In this document: positions 1 to 12,400 of the stretch, piece after piece
Position numbering within the stretch: the stretch's first letter is position 1
How the letters are laid out: each line of letters starts with the position of its first letter
Assembly: GCF_023055435.1 (NCBI RefSeq)
Contig: NW_025963913.1
Location: 4,898,001 to 4,962,000, forward strand
Source: Haliotis rufescens
Lineage: Eukaryota
DNA length: 64,000 bases
Direction: 5' to 3'
The notes under the pieces: generated by a model
What the model was told of the DNA's origin: nothing
What the model saw: only the letters and a program-made list of their open reading frames with translations
The model's database searches: none
Made by a program: the position numbers and the translations under genes

Positions 1-663
1 TTATCTATACTTGCACCCAGTGCATGTACAAATTTTACAAATTTGTTACTGACTTACTAAAAAAGCTTTCTACACTTACATCTTTGAACTCAATACACTT
101 TTTGTACCATACTACATCACATTCCCAATGTTTTGAGTAATTTGACATTGTCCTTTTGGCTTTTCGTCATGAACCTTATCAGGTCAGCCTTATGATAAGA
201 ACAAGAATGCAAACAAATATGTGGGATGTATAAGTGATTCCATTCAAAGTGATCTTGTCAATGAACTGAAAATGTCAAAATATTAATGACACTGATTTCA
301 TTCTGGTATTTGAGATGATATTTTCTTTATTATGTAATAGTTTCCAATATGAGTGCAATCGGTTTAGTCTAGTGAAAAATGGTTGGGATGTCAACTTGCA
401 CCAGGTGCAAGCTATATCTAATTCCTAAATCGTGCCCTGACTCTCATGATACTGTCGGAATCGTACAAATACAGATTTTCTGTGATTACATTTGTGTTGC
501 ATTTCTCTATGTTAGTCGGTAGGCGGTATACCCTCACTTGCTATTTGTTTAAATATCCAGATAAAGTAGGTACAAAATGGTCGACCTTTTCATGTTTTTT
601 TCATACACGCTTAACTGTGGATTGATACTGATTTCAATGATTTAAGAACATCTATTTCCTCTC

Positions 664-1120
664 TGTAAGCGCCCCAGTGTCTTCACGATCACCGTCAACC
701 CCCTCTCATCCCAGCCCGAACCCCAGACCTCCCTCCCCGTCCCTGCCCTCAGAGCCCGCCCTCAAGTTGTGGAGATAGATCTTGGTGAAGAATCCAAGCA
801 GCCCCAGTCATGCTCGGCCGTCCTTGTGTCCTGTGTGAAATACATTTTCCAGAGTTTCTTCACGGAGGGATAGACTTTGGAGTTGTTTGCTGTGCTAATG
901 TTGTGTGAACTACTAGTTTTAGGAACTTTTGGACTAACCATTTGGACTATTTGGGACTATTTTTGATAACATACATTTTGTTTCATACATGAATTAAAAT
1001 TTATATAATATTCTGCTTAAAATGTATGTGATAAACGCTGTTGCTTGAAGAACGTGTCGTGTACATTCATGTTTTCTGCATTCCTTGTTATGAAAACTGA
1101 AATCAAGAGATGGCTTCGCA
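664..1120 (+). mobile_element. Possible old LTR remnant inside the tandem unit (present in all copies)
   Basis: Begins TGTAAGC and ends GCTTC(A/G)CA (GCTTCACA in copy 5), with a GC-rich then AT-rich layout. No TSD found. Confidence 0.3.
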
Positions 1121-2545
1121 TGCGGTCCATGCCAAATTGTCGCTTCAACTAACCTATTGCTATTTTAAGAGTTGATCAAAATGGGGATCGGGTAGATGAA
1201 ATGGTGCTTCATTTTTTAAGGATTTGTTTACTATGTCAGTGCAGAAAAATGAAAACAAACAAAACCTCGAAGAAGGTCGAGCTCCAGCACAAAGAAGCAG
1301 CAGTCACTGCGGCCAAGCAGTCGTTATTTAAGAGATAATTACAATGAGGATCGGATGGTTACATTGTCGGTACTCCTAATTACTATTATTCATGCTTTCC
1401 AATGCTGCAATTATCTCTTACAGAGCCCGAGGTTGAAATGTGAACGTTGAACTCCCACGTATCAGGCCTGTTGGTAAACAAAAATCTTGCTGTCAGAATC
1501 TGAACAGCTATTATTGATGGAAGACATCAGTTCAAAAATGGATAAAAGCTTAATTAATTTAGTTTTGTTACCTCACCAAAATATTCCAAGATTGTAATGA
1601 TTCAAGTATACAAGTTACAGTTATCACAAGTCGCATGTGATTTATTGTCCCTATAACATAATACAGTTTACAGATTTTTCTATCCGGGGGGTCAAAGGTC
1701 ATTCCGACGTCACAGTCAAGGGCTTTTACCTACCAATGTCTACAGGGATCGTTCTAGAATCGATCCCATATGATGATTTAATCCCATGCTTTAATTACTT
1801 AGATCGCATTTCGACAGCTCTAGGAGATGTGGCGTCCTCAAGTTTCAAAGTTTATTGTACAATTTCATTATTTTAACAGTTCAGATATATCACTCGTGGG
1901 AAGGATACGGACAAGTACCGGATTCCAGAGCCACGTTGTGACAGACAATGCCGAGCGACTGATGTTTCCAGTACCGTTGACAGCTAGTATCGTGTCCGCG
2001 ATCTCGAGACTTTGTACAAACTTTTCAGTTCAGTGATTAATTAATAAACTCGTTATTGAACTTAAACCTCCTTGTTGTGTGATCCTTCTGCATTTCGACA
2101 GTTTCGACGTTCGCTACTTGTAGATCTTTGTGATATATTTTCGCGAAAACTCGTCTCCAAGCTCTGGAATTTATTTTGTCACACTTTATAACTTGTGGCA
2201 GCATCCATATATTTTCGTAGTTTATCCACTAGAAAATATGATTCAATGCACGGAGACAATACAAAGAGGTCTCTATATAGACTCTCTGCTTCAATGAGAA
2301 ACATTAGAAAGCTGCTTTCTGAATGGCTAATGTCGACTAATTGTCGGTCAAAGTTCGCGAAAGGTCGTTCTATGTCCATTATCACAGATACCCATGTAAA
2401 TATACCTACAAGTAGTAATGTGGGTTTCAGGCTATCATAGATGTTGCGAATTTGAAAAAGTACATAAGCTTTCATATGGAAAAAAGTTTGCTTCATTTGG
2501 ATTGTCATTCCGAGTTGTAGGATATCAACTTATTATGAAATACTA

Positions 2546-2585
2546 AGCTTGATAATGGTGTTAGAACCTACACCGAAACGTCGCT
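2546..2585 (+). ncRNA. Minimal type I hammerhead ribozyme motif (U3-A8 variant), Penelope-like pLTR type, copy 1
   Basis: AGC-TTGATAA-T-GGTGT(tagaacct)ACACC-GAAA-CGTC^GCT. It lies in a ~130-bp insert (2539-2667) bounded by a 12-bp duplication. Confidence 0.65.
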
Positions 2586-3300
2586 CCTAATCGTAATAAG
2601 GAAGTTGTTCATCCATATTATATCTTGTCCTTACTTGGTACTCCAACTTCTAAATGCCTCTCAAAGAAACATATTATGACATAAAGTTGGCTTGCACAAT
2701 CGTTTATAAACAGTGAAAGTAGTCCCTACTTGCATCTCTATCCGCATATGACCCGAGCAGACATAGTTTCCTGCCGAGAAACCCACCCATTATATGATAA
2801 ATCCTATTATATTCATCAAGTCTTGTCCAAAACAAAATGTACCACTTACTCAACGTGAAAAAAATGTATACTGTACTAAGGGTCCATGGCTAAATGCCAT
2901 AGGTTCTGGAAATCAGTTATTATTGTATCACAAATTAATATTATTTCTTGTGCACGGATGTTCTTGAGAAATATGTTGGTACAGAAAGAATGGCCCAATT
3001 CGACTGGAGGTGATTTACACGGAAAGTTGAAAACGAAGAATTCACTTACATGATACGTGTCTCTTTCCTCAAACAAATATTCAAAATAGTGTTATCATAT
3101 ATTTATCAGACCACAGAGATTAGACGTCGACATGATTGCTCGTAAAATTGGTTAGCAGAGATTATGTAATGTAATGCACAAGGCCTTAGGCACCGACCTT
3201 CTTTATCGAAGAAAAGAAACTGACTCAGAAAATGCGTGAAAGTGTATGAATCAGACTTGTAAAAAAAGAATATGTCTGCCACAAAAAACTCGACTTTTAA

Positions 3301-3360
3301 CAGACCGCCGCCACATAGCTGAAATATTGCTGAGTGCGGCGTTAAACAACAAACAAACAA
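3301..3360 (+). mobile_element. SINE 3' tail fragment (also ~10178-10236 and ~16922-16980)
   Basis: GACCGCCGCCACATAGCTGAAATATTGCTGAGTGCGGCGTTAAAC(AAAC)n matches the 3' end of the longer copies at 24668 and 35121. Confidence 0.85.
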
Positions 3361-4900
3361 AGTCGGGGATTAACCACGTGATCAAAACTCAATGGTGATG
3401 TATATCGCCAACAAAATGGATATTTCTTTATTTCTAAGCGCATTTTGCAATTTTTGTAATATAAGTAATATTCCTAATAGCTGGAATAGCTTCTTATAAA
3501 TCTTTTCACTTTATAAGCATTATTACACTCCATTCACTCAACTCTCCAGCCTTGCGAAAATAGACTGGAATTTCTGGGCTCGAACGTAGAGCCACCAGTG
3601 GCTATTACGACTTATGTCCGTCCCTTCGATTGACCAATGAGAGTCCACATCTCATATCACTTGAATTTGCTTCGAACAAAATAGCGGCGCCCAGTCAAGA
3701 CGATTTTTGTAAGCTTAACGCCACTTCTTGGAAAAACATTCCTGAATTAGGTTTGTAGTATTATTATCTATATTATATATTTATATTATTTATATGTCAT
3801 ATTATTTAAATATACTGAAGCCTTATCATATGGAAATCACTATTATTTGTATACGGTATGTACGTATTTCTTCTTTGTAAAAGATGCGACGTGCGACACT
3901 CTAATATTTCTTTTACTCTCTATCTCTCCTAATAAATATGACATTGTTTTGTATCAAATATTTCTTTCAATATTGCTTCAATGTTGAGTCACTTCATGGG
4001 CGTTTATTCTTTAAACAAGGCAACTCGTCAAACTTAGTAAATACACAAGTAATGTGATGAAAATGTATTTTGCCATTCAGATTTTGTTCTACGTTTCCAA
4101 GGCAACAGTTTAAGTCGATTTCATTCGGAAATGAAGTTTGGATTCTTTCCGGAGCAGTAGTCATAATCTGTTTAATATTTATATAAAACTTCACATACAC
4201 ATTAGGCAAGTGCTTAACAGGGTAGATACACGATCTACCAGGACAAGGAATACGTGCATTATATGGCATTATATGAAACATACACACATAAAGTACAGGA
4301 TGTTCCGTAACTGCGACGTGGTTTATGCAATCGATAATTTGGGAAGAAATGTTATGGGAATCAACCTACTTAGATTGCAAACCGACCTTATATATCTTGA
4401 GTATTTTTATTTTATTTTTTTACAATAAACTTCCATCGTTTTTTTGTTTTGTTTTTGTATCATTCATAATGGAATATTCATTCATGGACTAAATGATTTT
4501 CAAACAGCATGACATCCAGTTATACACCATCGGAAAAGTACTCACTCCATTAGACGCTATATATTCCAAACGTTGTACTCGTCAAGCTCCTCACAGCGAC
4601 ATCGAATCTGTCACGCGCTGGGAAGGAGCTTGTGTAAGTCAAAGGGAAACCACTCTACACACTCTATATGAATTATTGCCCTTGACAGGAAAAGGTCACG
4701 GTCATTGTGTTGGAATGCAAACACACGGCGCGTGTTACAACAGAAATACACAAAAAAGGTATTTTGTTCCAGGTACATTTTGTATGGAATGATTGTTACC
4801 CCATCATCTGTTGTCAACTCACTGTCAGGCATTAGTCATAATCGTGGTTTGGACATGCAAGGTGGACACCACTCGGTTAGTGGCCAGAAATATATATATA

Positions 4901-5217
4901 CAGTAGAACCAACAATATCGGGGTCAAACGATACAGCAAGGTCACTATACGATACGTATCACGATACATATTAGGTCACGATACGATACGTATCGCGATA
5001 CACATATATGGGTCAAAATCGCGTGGAAACTCGATATTTCAGAGCAGGCTCTAAAGGTAAAAGTTGCAGCAGACACATGTTCGAAGCCGCAATGTTTGTG
5101 AGTTAACTTTAAACACTTACTTCAACACAGCTGCGATATGTAACTGCACAAAACAGTGGGAGTCATTAAACGAGTAGTAAGTTTATCGTCGTGTGTCGAT
5201 ATAAACTGGTTCCAGTG
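4901..5217. mobile_element. Old Tc1/mariner(pogo)-type MITE in the unit (also 11775-12091, 18519-18835, 57589-57997)
   Basis: TA|CAGTAGAACC..TATCG at the left end and CGATATAAACTGGTTCCA(C/G)TG at the right end form imperfect TIRs with CAGT termini. Confidence 0.55.
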
Positions 5218-5893
5218 TTGGTACGCGACGCAAGCTTAGCGCGATATACTAGTTTTAGTAGACAGGACCCCAGTCTAGTATCAACACAGAAAATAACTTT
5301 TCGTGTATCTTATCGTCGCATGAGAACTCACTGTGCACCATATATTTAAGGTATTCCAAGTTGTGATCAAAAGGATATCATTTGTGGCAATTATTCCGGG
5401 ACATGCAAGCTACGGAAAGCAACGAGACGCGGCGATCGCTGATGGATCTCCATGGAGACCGTTGCTACTTCCGTTATTCACAAACGACGCCATTTTGGTT
5501 GTTGCTGCTGCACTTTGTTTCCACGTCTGTGTTTGCATTTTGCTCATTATCCCGCACGTATCGCACGTTCTTCACGATGTATGCCACTGTTGCTTTGGTT
5601 TATCATCAAGGTATCTAGTAGTGGTCTCAGTGTTAACTTAATTTTGTTTTTTTTATCTTGATTTCAAAGCTTAGAGAGTGATACCTTTTGGCGGGTTGCA
5701 TTCCCAACTTGAATCCTGTCCTAAACATTTGGTAACAATAAAAGTGAAAGAGAATGACAGACATACTCATTTACAGATGGGACATTTCATGTACTTCGAC
5801 GGTCCCTGGTATATGTCTATGTACTTTGTATTTTACAATTGATCTTTTGTGAAGTGAATGTGTATGAATGTTATTAATATGAATAGTACCAAT

Positions 5894-6021
5894 CACAGGA
5901 GTCCGTATCTAAAAATAGACGCCCTCATGCATATTCATGACCATCTCCACACGCGAGCCCGTGTGTGGAGATGGTCATGAATATGCATGAGGGCGTCTAT
6001 TTTTAGATACGGACTCCTGTG
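5894..6021. mobile_element. 128-bp foldback MITE, CA..TG termini, 7-bp TSD (P-element-like); private to copy 1
   Basis: 59-bp perfect arms around a 10-nt centre. TSD TACCAAT at 5887-5893 and 6022-6028. Empty site in copies 2 (12761) and 3. Confidence 0.93.
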
Positions 6022-6809
6022 TACCAATTCAATTCCTATGGTAAAATCATATTAATCATTGTCAAGTATCATGATATATGATCAAAGTAACAATAGATCT
6101 GTGTTTCCCCTTTTCTTCCCGTGGTAATGGGATGCAGTCAGTAAGACATGATTTGTGTAGGTTTTCATATGTGGTGTCAAGGGGAGGGACTTGAAAAGTA
6201 TAGGTCTCTCTTGTCCCAAAATGTCCAGTGACCATTTTACCTCAACCTAACTTCCTGGCACAGAACCCTGCAACGTTTGAATAATTTGCTGAGGCTCCTA
6301 AACACACACAGGAATTATGTTTCTATAAAAACAACCCATCTATGTTATAGTCTATACAATGAGGATGGATGTTGTTTTTTATTTTATTTATTCCATTATA
6401 GCTCAGGACGATCTCCACAGGTTTAGGACCTACCAGGCCCCCGTCTCCCAAACGACTCTTCCTGTCCCTGATCCTGTAGGTCATCATTGGGTTCAAGTTG
6501 TTTGAATGTGTCCTATTAGTATCAGAAAAAAACAAATTCGAGAACCTTTGCAACTTACATTAGTTCGAAACATGTCATCTGTGTTAAACATTATCAGGAC
6601 AACTGTACATATTATATAGTCACGAAGCTTTTAATAATCATAACTCATTTCTAACATACAACATAAGAAAGTTGACTTGCATTTTTCTACCACTCCCTTA
6701 TTCTGTAATACATATGATAAAACTACTTCCGTTTCCCTATACATGACCTTTTCACAAACAACTTGTATCACCACTATTTGCTAGTGATTGAAAAACACAT
6801 GCTCATGAC

Positions 6810-7314
6810 CAGGGCTCGATTTAACTAAAATAAAAGCACAAGTGCCCTCTGATATGGAAAAATGTAGCCTATTATTTATCTATACTTGCACCCAGTGCAT
6901 GTACAAATTTTACAAATTTGTTACTGACTTACTAAAAAAGCTTTCTTCACTTACATCTTTGAACTCAATACACTTTTTGTACCATACTACATCACATTCC
7001 CAATGTTTTGAGTAATTTGACATTGTCCTTTTGGCTTTTCGTCATGAACCTTATCAGGTCAGCCTTATGATAAGAACAAGAATGCAAACAAATATGTGGG
7101 ATGTATAAGTGATTCCATTCAAAGTGATCTTGTCAATGAACTGAAAATGTCAAAATATTAATGACACTGATTTCATTCTGGTATTTGAGATGATATTTTC
7201 TTTATTATGTAATAGTTTCCAATATGAGTGCAATCGGTTTAGTCTAGTGAAAAATGGTTGGGATGTCAACTTGCACCAGGTGCAAGCTATATCTAATTCC
7301 TAAATCGTGCCCTG
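6810..7314. mobile_element. hAT-like MITE in the unit (also 1-439 partial, 13549-14052, 20401-20905, 28187-28699, 59260-59691)
   Basis: 14-bp TIRs CAGGGCTCGATTTA / TAAATCGTGCCCTG with 1 mismatch. TSD is not clean. Confidence 0.65.
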
Positions 7315-9420
7315 ACTCTCATGATACTGTCGGAATCGTACAAATACAGATTTTCTGTGATTACATTTGTGTTGCATTTCTCTATGTTAGTCGGTAGGCG
7401 GTATACCCTCACTTGCTATTTGTTTAAATATCCAGATAAAGTAGGTACAAAATGGTCGACCTTTTCATGTTTTTTTCATACACGCTTAACTGTGGATTGA
7501 TACTGATTTCAATGATTTAAGGACATCTATTTCCTCTCTGTAAGCGCCCCAGTGTCTTCACGATCACCGTCAACCCCCTCTCATCCCAGCCCGAACCCCA
7601 GACCTCCCTCCCCGTCCCTGCCCTCAGAGCCCGCCCTCAAGTTGTGGAGATAGATCTTGGTGAAGAATCCAAGCAGCCCCAGTCATGCTCGGCCGTCCTT
7701 GTGTCCTGTGTGAAATACATTTTCCAGAGTTTCTTCACGGAGAGATAGACTTTGGAGTTGTTTGCTGTGCTAATGTTGTGTGAACTACTAGTTTTAGGAA
7801 CTTTTGGACTAACCATTTGGACTATTTGGGACTATTTTTGATAACATACATTTTGTTTCATACATGAATTAAAATTTATATAATATTCTGCTTAAAATGT
7901 ATGTGATAAACGCTGTTGCTTGAAGAACGTGTCGTGTACATTCATGTTTTCTGCATTCCTTGTTATGAAAACTGAAATCAAGAGATGGCTTCGCATGCGG
8001 TCCATGCCAAATTGTCGCTTCAACTAACCTATTGCTATTTTAGGAGTTGATCGAAATGGGGATCAGGTAGATGAAATGGTGCTTGATTTTTTAAGGATTT
8101 GTTCACTATGTCAGTGCAGAAAAATGAAAACAAACAAAACCTCGAAGAAGGTCGAGCTCCCGCACAAAGAAGCAGCAGTCACTGCGGCCAAGCAGTCGTT
8201 ATTTAAGAGATAATTACAATGAGGATCGGATGGTTACATTGTCGGTACTCCTAATTACTATAATTCATGCTTTCCCATGCTGCAATTATCTCTTACAGAG
8301 CCCGAGGTTGAAATGTGAACGTTGAACTCCTACGTATCAGGCCTGTTGGTAAACAAAAATCTTGCTGTCAGAATCTGAACAGTTATTATTGATGGAAGAC
8401 ATCAGTTCAAAAATGGATAAAAGCTTAATTAATTTAGTTTTGTTACCTCACCAAAATATTCCAAGATCGTAATGATTCAAGTATACAAGTTACAGTTATC
8501 ACAAGTCGCATGTGATTTATTGTCCCTATAACATAATACAGTTTACAGATTTTTCTATCCGGGGGGTCAAAGGTCATTCCGACGTCACAGTCAAGGGCTT
8601 TTACCTACCAATGTCTACAGGGATCGTTCTAGAATCGATCCCATATGATGATTTAATCCCATGCTTTAATTACTTAGATCGCATTTCGACAGCTCTAGGA
8701 GATGTGGCGTCCTCAAGTTTCAAAGTTTATTGTACAATTTCATTATTTTAACAGTTCAGATATATCAATTGTTGGAGGGATACGGACAAGTACCGGATTC
8801 CAGAGCCACGTTGTGACAGACAATGCCGAACGACTGATGTTTCCAGTACAGTTGACAGCTAGTATCGTGTCCGCGATCTCGAGACTTTGTACAAACTTTT
8901 CAGTTCAGTGATTAATTAATAAACTCGTTATTGAACTTAAACCTCCTTGTTGTGTGATCCTTCTGCATTTCGACAGTTTCGACGTTCGCTACTTGTAGAT
9001 CTTTGTGATATATTTTCGCGAAAACTCGTCTCCAAGCTCTGGAATTTATTTTGTCACACTTTATAACTTGTGGCAGCATCCATATATTTTCGTAGTTTAT
9101 CCACTAGAAAATATGATTCAATGCACGGAGACAATACAAAGAGGTCTCTATATAGACTCTCTGCTTCAATGAGAAACATTAGAAAGCTGCTTTCTGAATG
9201 GCTTATGTCGACTAATTGTCGGTCAAAGTTCGCGAAAGGTCGTTCTATGTCCATTATCACAGATACCCATGTAAATATACCTACAAGTAGCAATGTGGGT
9301 TTCAGGCTATCATAGATGTTGCGAATTTGAAAAAGTACATAAGCTTTCATATGAAAAAAAGTTTGCTTCATTTGGATTGTCATTCCGAGTTGTAGGATAT
9401 CAACTTATTATGAAATACTA

Positions 9421-9460
9421 AGCTTGATAATGGTGTTAGAACCTACACCGAAACGTCGCT
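9421..9460 (+). ncRNA. Minimal hammerhead ribozyme motif, copy 2
   Basis: Identical motif. Perfect flanking duplication AACTTATTATGA at 9402-9413 and 9543-9554. Confidence 0.65.
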
Positions 9461-12400
9461 CCTAATCGTAATAAGGAAGTTGTTCATCCATATTATATCT
9501 TGTCCTTACTTGGTACTCCAACTTCTAAATGCCTCTCAAAGAAACTTATTATGACATAAAGTTGGCTTGCACAATCGTTTATAAACAGTGAAAGTAGTCC
9601 CTACTTGCATCTCTATCCGCATATGACCCGAGCGGACATAGTTTCCTGCCGAGAAACCCACCCATTATATGATAAATCCTATTATATTTATCAAGTCTTG
9701 TCCAAAACAAAATGTACCACTTACTCAACGTGAAAAAAATGTATACTGTACTAAGGGTCCATGGCTAAATGCCATAGGTTCTGGAAATCAGTTATTATTG
9801 TATCACAAATTAATATTATTTCTTGTGCACGGATGTTCTTGAGAAATATGTTGGTACAGAAAGAATGGCCCAATTCGACTGGAGGTGATTTACACGGAAA
9901 GTTGAAAACGAAGAATTCACTTACATGATACGTGTCTCTTTCCTCAAACAAATATTCAAAATAGTGTTATCATATATTTATCAGACCACAGAGATTAGAC
10001 GTCGACATGATTGCACGTAAAATTGGTTAGCAGAGATTATGTAATGTAATGCACAAGGCCTTAGGCACCGACCTTCTTTATCGAAGAAAAGAAACTGACT
10101 CAGAAAATGCGTGAAAGTGTATGAATCAGACTTGTAAAAAAAGAATATGTCTGCCACAAAAAAACTCGACTTTTAACTGACCGCCGCCACATAGCTGAAA
10201 TATTGCTGAGTGCGGCGTTAAACAACAAACAAACAAAGTCGGGGATTAACCACGTGATCAAAACTCAATGGTGATGTATATCGCCAACAAAATGGATATT
10301 TCTTCATTTCTAAGCGCATTTTGCAATTTTTGTAATATAAATAATATTCCTAATCGCTGGAATAGCTTCTTATAAATCTTTTCACTTTATAAGCATTATT
10401 ACACTCCATTCACTCAACTCTCCAGCCTTGCGAAAATAGACTGGAATTTCTGGGCTCGAACGTAGAGCCACCAGTGGCTATTACGACTTATGTCCGTCCC
10501 TTCGATTGACCAATGAGAGTCCACATCTCATATCACTTGAATTTGCTTCGAACAAAATAGCGGCGCCCAGTCAAGACGATTTTTGTAAGCTTAACGCCAC
10601 TTCTTGGAAAAACATTCCTGAATTAGGTTTGTAGTATTATTATCTATATTATATATTTATATTATTTATATGTCATATTATTTAAATATACTGAAGCCTT
10701 ATCATATGGAAATCACTATTATTTGTATACAGTATGTACGTATTTCTTCTTTGTAAAAGATGCGACGTGCGACACTCTAATATTTCTTTTACTCTCTATC
10801 TCTCCTAATAAATATGACATTGTTTTGTATCAAATATTTCTTTCAATATTGCTTCAATGTTGAGTCACTTCATGGGCGTTTATTCTTTAAACAAGGCAAC
10901 TCGTCAAACTTAGTAAATACACAAGTAATGTGATGAAAATGTATTTTGCCATTCAGATTTTGTTCTACGTTTCCAAGGCAACAGTTTAAGTCGATTTCAT
11001 TCGGAAATGAAGTTTGGATTCTTTCCGGAGCAGTAGTCATAATCTGTTTAATATTTATATAAAACCTCACATACACATTAGGCAAGTGCTTAACAGGGTA
11101 GATACACGATCTACCAGGACAAGGAATACGTGCATTATATGGCATTATATGAAACATACACACATAAAGTACAGGATGTTCCGTAACTGCGACGTGGTTT
11201 ATGCAATCGATAATTTGGGAAGAAATGTTATGGGAATCAACCTACTTAGATTGCAAACCGACCTTATATATCTTGAGTATTTTTATTTTATTTTTTTACA
11301 ATAAACTTCCATCGTTTTTTTGTTTTGTTTTTGTATCATTCATAATGGAATATTCATTCATGGACTAAATGATTTTCAAACAGCATGACATCCAGTTATA
11401 CACCATCGGAAAAGTACTCACTCCATTAGACGCTATATATTCCAAACGTTGTACTCGTCAAGCTCCTCACAGCGACATCGAATCTGTCACGCGCTGGGAA
11501 GGAGCTTGTGTAAGTCAAAGGGAAACCACTCTACACACTCTATATGAATTATTGCCCTTGACAGGAAAAGGTCACGGTCATTGTGTTGGAATGCAAACAC
11601 ACGGCGCGTGTTACAACAGAAATACACAAAAAAGGTATTTTGTTCCAGGTACATTTTGTATGGAATGATTGTTACCCCATCATCTGTTGTCAACTCACTG
11701 TCAGGCATTAGTCATAATCGTGGTTTGGACATGCAAGGTGGACACCACTCGGTTAGTGGCCAGAAATATATATACAGTAGAACCAACAATATCGGGGTCA
11801 AACGATACAGCAAGGTCACTATACGATACGTATCACGATACATATTAGGTCACGATACGATACGTATCGCGATACACATATATGGGTCAAAATCGCGTGG
11901 AAACTCGATATTTCAGAGCAGGCTCTAAAGGTAAAAGTTGCAGCAGACACATGTTCGAAGCCGCAATGTTTGTGAGTTAACTTTAAACACTTACTTCAAC
12001 ACAGCTGCGATATGTAACTGCACAAAACAGTGGGAGTCATTAAACGAGTAGTAAGTTTATCGTCGTGTATCGATATAAACTGGTTCCAGTGTTGGTACGC
12101 GACGCAAGCTTAGCGCGATATACTAGTTTTAGTAGACAGGACCCCAGTCTAGTATCAACACAGAAAATAACTTTTCGTGTATCGTATCGTCGCATGAGAA
12201 CTCACTGTGCACCATATATTTAAGGTATTCCAAGTTGTGATCAAAAGGATATCATTTGTGGCAATTATTCCGGGACATGCAAGCTACGGAAAGCAACGAG
12301 ACGCGGCGATCGCTGATGGATCTCCATGGAGACCGTTGCTACTTCCGTTATTCACAAACGACGCCATTTTGGTTGTTGCTGCTGCACTTTGTTTCCACGT

